A stretch of DNA of 64,000 nucleotides, taken from assembly GCF_009914755.1 (NCBI RefSeq), contig NC_060929.1; one strand, 5' to 3'. Each line of letters begins with the position of its first letter. The stretch's first letter is position 1. The DNA is from the human T2T-CHM13v2.0 reference genome, Homo sapiens. A program made the translations under genes and the position numbers. Shown here piece by piece: positions 12,231-24,720 of the stretch. The notes beneath the pieces are model-generated. The model saw only the letters and a list, made by a program, of their open reading frames with translations. It was not told where the DNA came from and ran no database searches.

Positions 12231-14139
12231 TGAGGTTCCAGGGACGCTTAAGCCTCCAGCAAAACATCACACAAGACAGAAGTGCCTACTTCAATTGCAT
12301 GAGATAATGAGACCAAATCATCCCCGGGCAAGCCCACCACTAACAATTATTCCCATCATTGGTAACATCCTAAGTCCTAAGGTACCTGGAGCTTCAAATC
12401 TCATAATTAGCACTCTTGTTATGCCAAGCCTGCTCCTAATGAGGACACTTTGATAATTCGCTTTGTTGAAGAAACAGGATCTGTTCCTTTCCCCTACAGT
12501 ACAGCATGATAGGAGTGTGGTTTGCTATTTGTACCTGTAACTCAGCCCAGGGAGTGCTGACAATGGGGGAGCCACTGCAGGAGTCCCAGCCTCCCCACCT
12601 CATGCCCCACCCCCTGTCCTAAGCCCCACCCTTCCCAGCAAAGGAAAGTAGGCCCCTGAAGCAGTTGTCCTGTCCTCTAGAATCCTCTAGAATCCAGCTA
12701 CAAACATCCAAGTCCTGCCCCCATCTTCCCGATCTAACTCACACCATTTGTCATAGTGACCTGGCCTCAGCCTCTTTCAACTTCTTCTCTCACTGCCACA
12801 CCTTTGCGTAGGCAGCTCTCCAGCCTGGAATACCCTCTTATCCATCCGGCCAACTCCTCCATGACCTCTGAGATCCATGTGGAAGGCTCTAGAAAGCCTT
12901 CCTCAAATTTCCTTTGTTCCAGGATTTAAGCTGACCTAAATCCTAGAGATTAGTACTTCATTTTCAAACTTTTCATTTGCTCAAAGCCTACAGCAAACTC
13001 AGTCCACACACTTGGCTATACAAGAAAGGTTGCTTTCTTTGTTGTTCTATAACTGACTTTAATTTCAACTTCAAGTCCCCATTCTTGCCAAGGGGTAGAA
13101 ATGGAATCTTGGTCAACTTAGGTTCCCCTCCCTACTCTCTGGGGTTGCATTTCCAGGCCAGGCAGTTTCTGCTGGTGCTTTTGTTCCTTGGTCCTCAGTC
13201 TTCTTTCTGTGTTGACATCCATTGACATGTCCTCGACTCCCCTCATCTCAGATCACAGGCCCATGCTGACTCCAGGAGTATTCTTGTATTCTCTTCATCT
13301 GAACCTCAACACTTTTTGAGACCACGCATGCATGTGCTCTCTCTTTCTCTCTCTCTCTAACACTTCTGGAACACTCTTGGACATGAGGAGATATTGGTCT
13401 TTCTAGGATGGGGTCAACTGGCCCTGCCTCAGATCCATTGGCCTGTACATATCTTGTAGCCATTGTGGTGCCATGGATCACAGGTCACGATGCTGTGTGG
13501 CTGCCTCTGCTCTTAGACCTGCCCCCCATGCCACCAGAGGGAGTGTCTGCCTCCCCCTGCCCTGGACACTCAGCTGGAGGGGAGGGTCACAGTCCCTCAC
13601 AGTCCCTTCTCCAGTGACAAGCAACAAACTCCCAGTCTTCCTTTCTTTCTGATCCTCTCCTCCTCTTCCTCCTTCTCCTCTTCCTCCTCTCCCAGTCCAA
13701 GGAAGTTTTATGCAAAGGCCAGAGGAGGGAATAATGAGGTGGAGGTCTCTCTGACCAAGCATGTAGCCTTCCGGATCTGTTGTGCTTTCCAGGAGTCCTT
13801 CAAAGCTCTAAGCTTTTGGAATTCTGCAAGCTCAGGAAATTGAAAACCTTTTCTCTCACAACTGCAGGTCTTTGTCTGCAGTTGTAAAAGTCTGTTTAGA
13901 AACTCAGGAGACAAGCAGCATCTTCTTTGTTCCCTGCTTTCTGGAGGCAGTCAGCGTGGAACACCCTGCCTGCAGTCTGACTCAGGGAAAGGGTCACTGA
14001 GTGTGTGTGTGTGTGTTGAGGGGTGGATAATAAGCAAGGAGAACACTCAGACAGAGAGCTCACAGAGGGGCACCCCAGCACCTCCCTCACCTCTATATTC
14101 CCCGCCTGGGCATAGTGGAGGGAGGGTTAATGCCAGCCA

Positions 14140-14530
14140 AGTTTAACAGGCATTTCTGATTCGCGGCATTGTTGTTGCGCTATCCTGCAATCCTACGCTG
14201 CGGGTACTGTTTTTATCCTGATCCTTCAGCTCTGGAAACTAATATAGAGAGCTGAGTAACTTGCTTGAGGCCATGATGCCAGGATCCACGGTGCCCCCAG
14301 GCTGAAGAGCCTTAACCACTGGGCTGTACCACCTCACAGGAGGGCAGGTGGCACAGTGCCTGGAACTTGGGAGGGTCCAGCACGTGGAACTATGCTCTGT
14401 CATTTACTTACTGTGTGTCACTGGATCAGTCACTCAACACCGCTAAGCCTCATTTTCCACCTCTTCAAAAGGGATCTAATAAACCTGTTAGCAGAAGGCT
14501 GCTGTGAACACTAAATGAGGTGGCTTAGGT
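14140..14530. mobile_element. Head-to-head MIR pair (minus ~14140-14335, plus ~14370-14530)
   Basis: gctgagtaacttgcttgagg...cttaaccactggg; atttacttactgtgtgtcactgg...aagcctcattttcc. Confidence 0.7.
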
Positions 14531-15140
14531 GAGAGCTCTGGTCTGAAGATGCTCACACTTTGAATCTCAAGACTTGTGTGAACCAATATCAGATTTCTCC
14601 TATTAGATTGCAATTCTCAGGGAGTCACATTCCGTCTCCAAATGCCCATCTCCTGATCCACAAAATGAGCACAACATCTCTGATAAACGGTAACTAGATG
14701 GTTCCAGTGGGCAGCGGGAGTGGGAGGGCGGTTGACTGGGCCAGAACCTCAAATGTATTCCTGTGTAGTTTCTCATGCATTCATTCAGTTTGGCACCAGA
14801 AGGTGCCCAGACTCACTTTGCAGCCAGTCTGTCCCCATAGAGGTGATAAAGGAAAAACATATGCACATTTAAACTTTTAAAAGTTTATTTGAACATTCAG
14901 CGATTCACAAACGGTATAGCACAGACAGCAAGCAACTAGCACTCCTCTAGGAGGGGCCAAACAGGATACTTTTATAAAGAGGTTGCAGAAGCAAGACAAA
15001 GAAAACCATTTTAATGGGTTGGAATGGAAAGTTCCTAATTAGAGGTTCATTGGTGGCTCCTGATTGGTGCAGCTTCTAGTTTCAACTTACTGTTTACATT
15101 GGTCTGTGGTTTGTCCCCATAGGAACGTAAGGTGTCAGAG

Positions 15141-15260
15141 CCAGCTACTCAGGAGAATGAGGTGAAAGGATCACCTGAGCAGGGTAGGTGGAGGCTGTGG
15201 TAAGCAGTGATTGCACCACTGTACTCCAACGTGGGCAACAGAGTGAGACCCTTAAAAAAA
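15141..15260 (+). mobile_element. Old Alu (J-type) right-arm fragment
   Basis: ccagctactcaggag...tgcaccactgtactccaacgtgggcaacagagtgagaccctt followed by A7. Confidence 0.85.
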
Positions 15261-15343
15261 GAAGGAAGAGAGGGAGAGGGAGAAGGAGGAGGAGGAGGAG
15301 GAGGAGGAGGAGAAGGAGGAGAAGGAGAAGAAGGAGAAGGAGG
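15261..15343 (+). repeat. Polypurine (GGA/GAA)n tract
   Basis: About 80 nt of only G/A, including ggaggaggaggaggaggaggagga. Confidence 0.95.
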
Positions 15344-15361
15344 TGGCAGAGCTACAGAAGC

Positions 15362-15691
<330 letters not shown>

Positions 15692-16749
15692 TAGAGTTGA
15701 GGCCCGGGAGACTTGCCTCCTGTGTGCAGCGGGCTGTGCTGGTTGCCTCGGTTTCCCAGAGTCTGATGAACATGTTTCCTCCACAGGCAGTAGCTGCTTC
15801 ATTTGTTTTTCTCCCAGTTTTCATTTCTCATTAGCTGCTAAATCCTCCCCATGGCTGCAGACCCTATTGTAGCTGACTCAGCCAGTGGGCACAGCAGGGG
15901 CTGGGTCCCAGCGCCGTCTCCGCAACCTAGGAGAGGTCAGGGGCAGCAGTGCCTGCCTGGCTCTATCTCCAAGTGTGCCTCACCCCCACTGACAGGTCAG
16001 ATTATCCACTGTCCCCAGAGACGTTAGGAGGGAGGCCGTGTCCTCCACTCCCCTAGCTGACACACTGGAAGGACGTTCTCCTTGACATCTGACTTAATGA
16101 CAGTGGAACCAAGCGGGGTGCCCTTGGGTGAAGGAAAAAGGAGGGAAGACTTGAGCCTTCTTTAATGTCAATACCCTGAGCCTGAGGCCACAAGCAAAGG
16201 CCAGCAGCTTCTGCAGGATAGCAGAAGCCAGGAGACAGGGAACTGGGGAGTGTACATTTATTTGCTTCTCCAACAACAACAACAATATCTAGGTGTGCAG
16301 TGAGCTCCCACTTCTGCTGATGTGGGACTAGACAAAAGATGAGAGGGGACCACCCTCAGAGGCTCCCTCCTGCTTGGCCCCAAACTCTTTGTAAATCCAG
16401 CACCCCACCCCCAGTTGTTCCCCTTCAGGAATCATCACCCTCTGAAAACCTGCAGAAATTCTCAAATCCCAGCCCCCTTTGCTTCTCACACTTGTAGAGG
16501 TCTTTCCCTAAGCAAACACCTGCTTTGATTATTCAGGGAGTGAGAATTAATATCATTGTAAATCTAACTCAAACATAATTAAGAAGTTAAATCTACTTTT
16601 GAGGGAAAAAGTTCTGATTGCTCATCTCCAGACCAGATAAATAAGATTTCAAATCTCCAAGATCTGCAGCTCGGTGTGAACTGCCCTCCGCCTGTCTCAG
16701 CCAGAACATCAAGTGGAAAGGGGCCTGAGGAACTGCCTCCTCCAGCCCC

Positions 16750-17200
16750 ACCAGTGTGGAGATGCAGCTCAGTCTTGCCATCTGTGAAATGGGATTGATA
16801 ATACCTACATGGTTGTCTTGAGTTTAGCTCATAACCCTTTCTCCGCCAGAATATCAACTCCGTAAAGGCAGGATTTTGTTTGTTCCCCATAGTATCCCCA
16901 GTGCCTCACACATGGTAAGCATTTAATAAAAACAAAGCCATCAATGGGGATGACGAAACCCAGAGAGCAGCAGTGCCTTGACCGGGGTCACACAGCAAGT
17001 TAGAGCAGAGCCCTGATTGAAACCAAGGGCTCCTGGGCCTTAAACTAGGCGCTCCTTGCATTAGCCTGTGGCAGGAGATGTAGGTTTGCTGTCAATCCTT
17101 CCACCAGTTACTACTGCCTGTGCAGCCTTGTGCATGACCTTGCTTTCCCTGGGCCTCAGTTTTCCCAGCAGTAGAATGGGCTTATTATTAGAGGAGAAGA
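16750..17200. mobile_element. MIR / L2 / MIR / MIR fragment cluster
   Basis: catctgtgaaatggg; aaggcaggattttgt...cagtgcc; ggtcacacagcaagttag; gggcctcagttttccc. Confidence 0.7.
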
Positions 17201-17806
17201 CCACATCCACTTTGGAAAACGGGCAGAACCTTGTCCCACCTTCCCCCAACAGCTGACCATTTTCTGCCCAGGCTGTGGCCAGAACCTGTTCTCTCCCATC
17301 ATTAAAATCCCTCTCTCCTTCTCCAACTCTTTCTTTCTAGCTCCACCCTCCCCAAAGAGGAAACAAAGGAAGGCAAACATATTCCTGTTACCAGCCCAGG
17401 TCTCAGTGGGCCAAGGTGGAGTGAGGGGAGGGAAGAGGCTACAGTCCTCCCACTCTGCCCCCACACACCTGCAGAGACATTAAGGAAAGCGGAGCTACCC
17501 TGGGCTGCCTCTCTGTGATTTAACGCTCTCTCACTCCCACACCTGCAGTGCACCGGAGTTAAAAATGACCTTGGCAAACAGCCTTATGTATTCTCTGTCT
17601 AGAGCAGAGGACAGAGTCAAAGAAAACCCACTCAGAAGCCTGGAGAGCGGCTGAAAGTGGGGGAGGGCAGGAAAGGAGGGAGGCAGGATGGAAGCATGCA
17701 TCTCCTGGGCATTAGACTTGCTGGATTAAGGAGTGGAGAGTCAAACATGGGTAGCTCTGCTCAGAAAAATTATTACTGAAGGAGAGATTATGCTCCACAA
17801 TCTCAC

Positions 17807-17983
17807 CAGAATGTGGCTTTGCAAAGTGAAACGAGGGTTCGTTCCTCTGCCAGCACGACCAACTCTCCCGGGACACCCCCTCAGGTCCGTCCTTGTGCCA
17901 CAGGCCACCTCACTTCAGGTTGGTGGCTCAGAGAGGTAGCAGCTCCCATCTAAATGTGGCTTCTAGAACCTTCTCTTCTCCTG
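17807..17983 (-). other. Candidate non-coding exon
   Basis: Minus-strand acceptor caatcctttctcag|cag (NAGNAG) and donor CTG|GTGAGA in unique sequence; no transcript evidence. Confidence 0.3.
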
Positions 17984-18009
17984 CTGAGAAAGGATTGTGC
18001 TGAGTAGTA

Positions 18010-18290
18010 GAAGCAGCTGGCAGTGGAGTCCCCTGGCCTGGTTCCTACAATCCCAACTTTGACAATTGTGTGACCTCGGACAAGTCACCTTACCCATCTA
18101 AGCACATGTTGTTTTAACTGTAAAATGAGGAAAATAGCATTCAACTCAGGGTATGAATGAGTGGAGCCATGTGGAGCAACAGTTAAGGGCATGGACTTGG
18201 GAGTCAGGCAGCCAAGGTCTGTGATTCTAGGCAAGTGATGTCACCACTGAGCCTCAGTTTCTCCACCTGTCATACAGGCAGGAGTAAATG
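18010..18290 (+). mobile_element. Two MIR fragments
   Basis: ttgtgtgacctcggacaagtcac...tgtaaaatgagg; ctgagcctcagtttctccacctgt. Confidence 0.75.
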
Positions 18291-18789
18291 CCTCCTCACC
18301 CCCTTTGTTCCTTGTACAAACCCTTGCCCTGGATGTTCTGTTTGTCCTCAGGACCCCCTCTCCACTGTTGGCTGGGGAGGCTGACCTGGGAGGACTCTGT
18401 GAATGAGGCCCCTGCCTTCCGACTTCAGCTGTTCATGACACAGGCGGAGACTGCGGGCAGGAGGAGAGTGACACGAGGTGTCAACTCCCAGGCTCCCTCC
18501 CTGAGGGTTATAGGGCATGGCTCTCTTCCATAGCTTTCTTTGCTCGGCCTTTTGTTGATGGTTTTCCTCATTCATCAAATTGGGGTGCTGAGGGCACCCA
18601 CTGCTTCTGTCCCAGGGCACTGCCCTCTTCGTGTGCTTTCCCACTCTCTCCCTACACCACTGTACACAGTCCTTTTGTTACACGGCCTTCCAATTCCCCA
18701 ATCTGAGGGTGCCATTGTGTCCAGCTGAGACCCTGAATGAAGCAACTGTCCCGTCTGGCCACAGACCTGGCACAATTTCCCTTCAGGCA

Positions 18790-18990
18790 CTTAAAGCAGG
18801 AGTAATGAACACTGATGAGTTCAGCTCAGTGCTAATCCCTCTACATGTGAAATCTCAGTTCTTCAGAGAGCCCTGGGAGGAAGCTACTACAGCCTTTCCC
18901 ATTTTAAAGATGAGAAAACTGAGGCTCTGAGAAGGTTTCACAGCCAGAGCTAAGCCTAGAGCCCTTAATGACTATCCTCATGCCCTCTCC
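18790..18990 (-). mobile_element. MIR SINE
   Basis: cccattttaaagatgagaaaactgaggctctgaga. Confidence 0.8.
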
Positions 18991-19575
18991 AGTATAGGCA
19001 GGAGGCTACTGAGTACACGTGCTTGAACTTCCAAGGCATGTTCTCAAGTAGAAGTGTCCTCCTCACAACTGCTCTGAGGCACATGCCATCGGAAAGCTGG
19101 GCTAATAATTAAACAGGGGTGATTTTGTCAGCCCCACATGGCCTGACAAAGCAGAAACACAATGGATGGTAAATATTCTATTACGACTGTTATTCCCAAC
19201 CCCCTTTCCAATGGGGTGGTGAGTAGGAAGCCTCCCTATGACCAGTTTCTTCCCCACAGTCTTGCCAGCTCCTGTTCTTCTCATCACACCAGGCTTGTGG
19301 CCTTGATTTTGGACCCTGTTGGAATGAGGGTCACAAGAGGGTCTGTCTGTCCACACACACAGTTGTTCCTCCTCCTTCTTCCCCACCTCCATTCTTACCC
19401 ATTCTCAGTCCTTATTCCAGACTCCTCCCTTGCACCAGCTGTGTCCTTGGCCTGGGGATGCATAATGAGACCCAGATGCTGCCCCCAAAACTCTCAGTTT
19501 ATGGACTGTCCATCTTGAAGAGATGACCACAGGATGCTCAATGCTCCAGCAAAGAGGAATCCTGTGGTTCACCAA

Positions 19576-19649
19576 AGGCACACAGGTCTTTGGCACTTAG
19601 AGAAATCATTTGTCATATGTTCCTCTAAGTGCCAAAGGCCTGTGTGCCT
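19576..19649. repeat. Inverted repeat, 27-bp arms, 20-nt spacer (stem-loop)
   Basis: aggcacacaggtctttggcacttagag / ctctaagtgccaaaggcctgtgtgcct; 26 of 27 pairs Watson-Crick. Confidence 0.97.
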
Positions 19650-19699
19650 GCAGTCATTCATTAATTGAACCAATATTATTCAATGAGTCCATTTCTGGC

Positions 19700-20595
19700 C
19701 ACTCCTTCTCAGCTAGCCTTCTTTATGAGATTTTCCTCCACTGACACTCCCTGAACTGCTGCTAGCCCCAGGGCTCTGGGCTGGCTTTCTATTCCTCCTT
19801 CTGGGGGTGTCATTCATTCTCTTGGCTTTAAAGACCATCCATATGCAATCTGCAGGTCCTATGATCATGGCCTCCAGAATCTGTCTCATTTCGTCCACAT
19901 CTCATCACCTCCTGTTTTCTCACTAGCCCAAGCCAAACTCATCTCTAGTCTACACTATTGCAGACATTTCAGGATTGCCTCATTGCCAGCAAATTTGCCT
20001 CCTACAAGTCACTATTAATTCATATGTCGGGTTGTCACTTCCTGGTTTTACTTCAGGTTTTAATAAGCCTGAAGGGAAACACTTGTTTTCATTCCCCAGC
20101 ATGAAACTGGGACATTTCCTCTGGTCCTTGGAGTGAAATCCACACTCCCAACCACAGACTTCAAGGCCGCACCTGCTCTGACCCTGCTGACCTCCCATCT
20201 TTCACCACTGGCTGTGGCTTCCTTGCACTTTTGCAACACCAAGCTTTTTCCTGCTTTCAACCCCCAGACCTGCCCGTGGGTTGCAATTTTTGGGCATCCG
20301 GATCTCAGCAAATGTGCCTGCTCCTCAGAAAGGCCTTCCTGGCCGTTCTGCCTGAAGAAGCCCCTGTCCACATCAAGGGTCTTGCATCTCATCACCCTGT
20401 TTTATTTTCCCCATAGCGCTCATCCCAACCTAAAGTATCTTGTGAACGTGCTGCTGGTCTGTTATCCATTGTCCTCGCTAGACTTCAAGCCCCCGAAGAG
20501 CAGGGACCTGGCCTGCCTGTTCACCATTGTCTCTAGCACCTAGAACTCAGGCCTGGTACAGGATAGGTGCTCAACAAGTTGTTAAGGACAAATGT
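19700..20595 (+). mobile_element. L2 LINE 3' portion
   Basis: Ends gagcagggacctggcctgcctgttcaccattgtctctagcacctagaac...gcctggtacaggataggtgctcaacaag. Confidence 0.85.
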
Positions 20596-21839
20596 CAAGA
20601 AGTACCTGGGGGAAGTGAGGGGCTGAATTGGGGGGAATAGGTTCTTTGGTTATGGCCCAAAAATTGCTAGAAGTTTAAATGTGTCTTCTAAGCCCAGCTC
20701 TCTGTGTTCTCAAGGTCGCAAATATTAAGAACTCAGGGTAAATAAAAATGTATCCTTTCCAGTGCCTGCATGCCCACACTGAAATGAGAAAAGATTTTTT
20801 AAATAATAATAATAAAGGAACGATCTTTCAACCTGCGTGCGGGTCTCAGCGGCTCCACTTGCCTGCTGTGTGGATCTGACCAGTGCACTTTCACTGCCTG
20901 GGTCTGGGTTCTTCTGATGTAAAGTAAGGCTCCCAGTATAAGCTGCTTTCCTTCTAGATTCCAGGGAAATCATCTCACAAAACTCAAATGTGAGACAAAC
21001 AAGATTTCAGGGCAAGGAAACAGACTCAGGAGCTTTCCTGGGGGCATGGCTCCCTCAAAGCCTACGTCCTGTAGAGACAGCAGCTGCTAGGCTTCTTGGA
21101 TAGAGTGCCTGCCCCCAGTGCCACTCCTCACTCCACCCTGCAAAAGTCTCAAAAGGTATGTTGAGGCACAGTAAGCAGGCTGCTAGAGCCCAGCATACTT
21201 ACAGCCCTGAGGTTGTCAGACAATGAGCCTCGTGATGAGTTATTGCACCAACAGCTGTTGCCCAGCCCTGCTATGTGGATCTTGGGGACAATAATTTATC
21301 CACAATTACACTGGAGAGCATGGTGCTTCTCAGGTAACAGGTGGAAATTCACAAGCCCACCATGTGATGAAGACCTGCCCTTCCCTGACCACAATGCTAT
21401 GAGTAATGACTGAGAAGATTGGGCAGCCCATCCTCAGTAATGCAGGATGCACTGTGGCCCATGTCTGAGGCATCTGAAATATCAGAAACTCCAGTGGGCT
21501 TACCATGGTCCCACTCCTGCCATAATGGTTGCCTTACAGTGGCTTTTTCTTCCAAACCAACTTGCCTTCAACTGCAGAAGGTGAGGTCCCCAAAACACCA
21601 GTAGGCCATAGGATAGTGTGCGGCCGGTAGAATAAGAACCTCAGACACTTCCCACTTCCCCTGGTAGAGAAGGTCTTAGTGGCCACACCGAAAGGTAGGT
21701 GGAGGCTAACAGATCTAAGGCTGCCCAGTGTGCCATTTCTGCACTGGATATGAAATGTGCCCTCTCTGAGCCCTCTCTCTGCCTCAGCGATCTCATCTAT
21801 AGAATGGGGGTATAGAGATAGACAATCTCATATGTGATC

Positions 21840-22035
21840 TTAGGCAAGTTCAGATCTCACAGTTTCCAAACTTCAGTTTCTCCAGCTATGAAGTATGAGC
21901 TTGATAATCTTGGCTGTGTGACTTTGGACAAGGCCCTTCCACTCTCTGAGCCTTGGTTTCCCATCTATAAAATGGGCCAATGGTAGGGGTGGGAAAAGGA
22001 TGACCTCTGAGGTCCCTTCCATACAGCTGCCTCTG
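21840..22035 (+). mobile_element. MIR3-like fragments
   Basis: gctgtgtgactttggacaag...ctctctgagccttggtttcccatctataaaatggg...gatgacctctgaggtcccttcc. Confidence 0.75.
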
Positions 22036-22519
22036 ATTCTTCATTGCAAGTGACCCAGTGTTCCATATGACCCATAGCCATCTGTCTGTCCTTTGTGCCA
22101 GGCCTGAAGCATTCCTTTTGGACTGGTCATTTCTCACCGTCACCCCCTGGAGTCTGCCCCAATCATTTCTCAGTCCTTCTGACTGTGAAGTGTCTGTCTG
22201 AACTCATAATCAGCTTTTAGCTGGTCCCAAACAGTGAGTGCTACCAGCTCCATTAATCCCACTGACAGGGATTTATCTTTCTCAGCTGAATGAATGATGC
22301 TCCCAGCCTTGCCCCAGAAATGTGGGCTGGGCTATTCAACACTTGTCACCAGCAAGCTCTTTTCCTGAGGCTGCATACTCCAGCCACCCAGGTGACTGAG
22401 TACTTTGTCATCTTCTTCTCAGAGCAGTGGCAGAACCACAAAGCAAACTCCCACCCATGACCCACCCACCCACCTTCTGACCTAGTTTGGATGCTCCAAG
22501 CCATAATGATAAAGTAATG

Positions 22520-22760
22520 TTGTGAAGAGGGAAAGAGGTTTGCAGTCAGACAGCCTGAACCCAGGTTCTGCCATGTACAGGCTGAAGCTTGGCAAGCCTC
22601 TGCACCTCTCTGAGGTCCATTTGCACCTCTCTGAGGTCCATTTGCACATCTACAAAAATGCGATAACACCTACCTAGCAGAGTTCTTAGGAGATCCAGAT
22701 AACAAATTGAAAACATGCCAGATAATGCCTGGCACATTTTAGAAGCTTGAGATCTACTAC
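22520..22760 (+). mobile_element. MIR containing a 21-bp tandem duplication
   Basis: gtcagacagcctgaacccagg...catctacaaaaatg...cctacctagcagagtt...gcctggcaca. Confidence 0.8.
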
Positions 22761-23059
22761 TGGTTCTCTTCCAGTTCTCCCATCGTAGTAATATCATCTA
22801 CAGAGCAAGATGGGGAAAATGCTCACTGCCAGATCCCATTCTAAAGAGGTATCTCCATCTACAGATTTATTGCACCCGGGCTCCTAGCCATACGCCCAAA
22901 AGTCAAACTGAACAACAGTAATAATATTTATTCAGCCATGTCACACTGAACTGAGGACCTGACTTAAGCAACAATTCAGATCTGCCAACATTTACTAAGC
23001 ACCTACTATGTGGCAGGCCGCGTCGTGACCCCCTGGAGAGAGAAAGATGGATTGGAAAG

Positions 23060-23275
23060 TGTAGCATCAAAATTAACAGCTTGGTTTGGAAGTCAGACAC
23101 ACCTCAGGTGAAGATATGGATTGAGTCATAAACTCCCCATGTGGCACTGGGCAGGTTCATCACTTGAACTCTCTAGACCTCAGCTTTTAAATCTAAAATG
23201 TCCCATAGAGTTGCTACAAAGATTACATGAGATATACACTTAGCAAAGTGCCTGGCTCACAGTAATTGTCAGAAA
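23060..23275 (+). mobile_element. MIR SINE
   Basis: ttggaagtcagacac...ctgggcagg...catagagttgctacaaagattacatgag...gtgcctggctcacagtaa. Confidence 0.7.
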
Positions 23276-23328
23276 CAGAAAGTGTCGAGACTCAACCCTG
23301 CATGGAAAAGAAAATAGGACACACATAC

Positions 23329-24027
23329 TATCTTAGTCCATTCAGGTTGCTATAATAGAATACCTTAGATTGGGTAAAGTAGTCTCCCCTTATCCACAGG
23401 GGATATATTCCAAGACCCCCCGTTGGCACCTGAAATCACAGATAGTGCCAAACCCTATATGTACTATGTTTTTCCTATACTTATATACCTATGATAAAGG
23501 CTAATTTATAAATTAGGCATGGTAGGAGATTAACAACAATAACTAATAATAAAATAGAACAATTACCACAATATAGTATAATAAAAGTTATGTGAATGTG
23601 GCATCTCTCTCGTTCACTCGCTCAAAATATCTTACTGTATTGTACTTACTTATTTTCAAACTGCAAGTGGCCATGGGTAACTGAAACTACGGGAAGTGAA
23701 ACTGCTGATTGGGGGGACTACTGTAATTTACTATAATTTATAAATAACAGAAATGTATTGCAAAGTCCAAGGTCAGTGCACAAGCAAATTCAATGTCTGG
23801 TGAGGGCCAGTTCTTCATAGATGGTGCCTTCTAGCTATGTCCTCACATAGAAGAAGGGACAAAGAAGCTCTGTTAGGCCTCTTTTGTAAGGGTACTGATC
23901 CCATTCATGAGGGCCCTGCCTTCGTGACCTAATCACCCCGCAGATGCTCCACCTCTCAACACCACTGCAATGAGTATTAAGTTTCAACATATGAATACTG
24001 GGGGACATGAGCGTTCACGCCTATGTA
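23329..24027 (-). mobile_element. MaLR solo LTR (MLT1A/MSTD-like) split by a Tigger MITE
   Basis: tcttagtccattcaggttgctataa...gatcccattcatgagggc...gacctaatcac...gtttcaacatatgaa; near-TSD catac/aatac. Confidence 0.85.
23377..23723. mobile_element. TcMar-Tigger MITE (Tigger3a/MER7A-like)
   Basis: TIRs agtagtctcccc / ggggggactactg; TA TSD at 23375-23376 and 23724-23725; 347 bp. Confidence 0.85.
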
Positions 24028-24071
24028 AATACTACACAGAAAGATGTTTATCAGGTAAAAGAAAGTAGACA

Positions 24072-24720
24072 CGGACAGTCCTCATTTTTCTAAGAATAAT
24101 TGGTACCAGTACAAATACCACTTAAAGAGAAACTTCTTAAAACAAATGTTGACTATTTACTGTGATAGTGAAGGAAAAAGGTTGGAGTAGGGCCAAATCT
24201 TGAAAAAATAAAATTGAAAGCACAAAAATAAGTCTTTTTTATTGTCTAGTAACAAAATGTAGGTTTTAGTGTCAAATGAGTTAATTTTTTCCATTAAAAA
24301 TAGGAATTACCAAGTGTTGACTTTGGGGGAGGCATGGCACATTTTTTAGACAAAATCCTATCTTAGCACAGTCTAACAGTTTTGATTTTGTTTGACTTTC
24401 ACAGCACAATAAATAAAGAGGGTCATTTGGGGCAAATATTTCCAAGCTTTATCCATTTTCCCATAGGCCTCTTCCAATCGTTAGAAGATAACATTTTTCT
24501 CCTTTGAAGCACCTGACAACTTTGTCACTTTTCTCTTCTTCGGTTGCTAACTAGTTTAACTCTGCCAGTTTCTCATTTGCCTGTAGTTAAATGTGAATGG
24601 AAAAGTTATCCAACAATACTTTTGCTATTTTTATGAAATCCTGAATCTGTTTAAAGATTTGCACTTTTCCTCTTCATCAATTTCCTTTGAATTTCCATTA
24701 CATCATCAGACATTTACAAC
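24072..24720 (-). mobile_element. Ancient Tigger remnant (Tigger15a-like)
   Basis: Terminus ggacagtcctc; minus strand gives degenerate transposase-tail fragments NEKLAELN, NDPL and AVKVK. Confidence 0.55.

Noticed and set aside
12673-12695. Short tandem duplications (tcctctagaa x2; also aaaactaggattttt x2 at 46512)
   Set aside because: Ordinary slippage events inside old repeats
21529-21586. Plus-strand micro-exon (ccttacag...AAG|GTGAGG) and plus-strand acceptors at 8753, 41306 and 53412
   Set aside because: Isolated sites without a consistent chain; expected by chance in 64 kb
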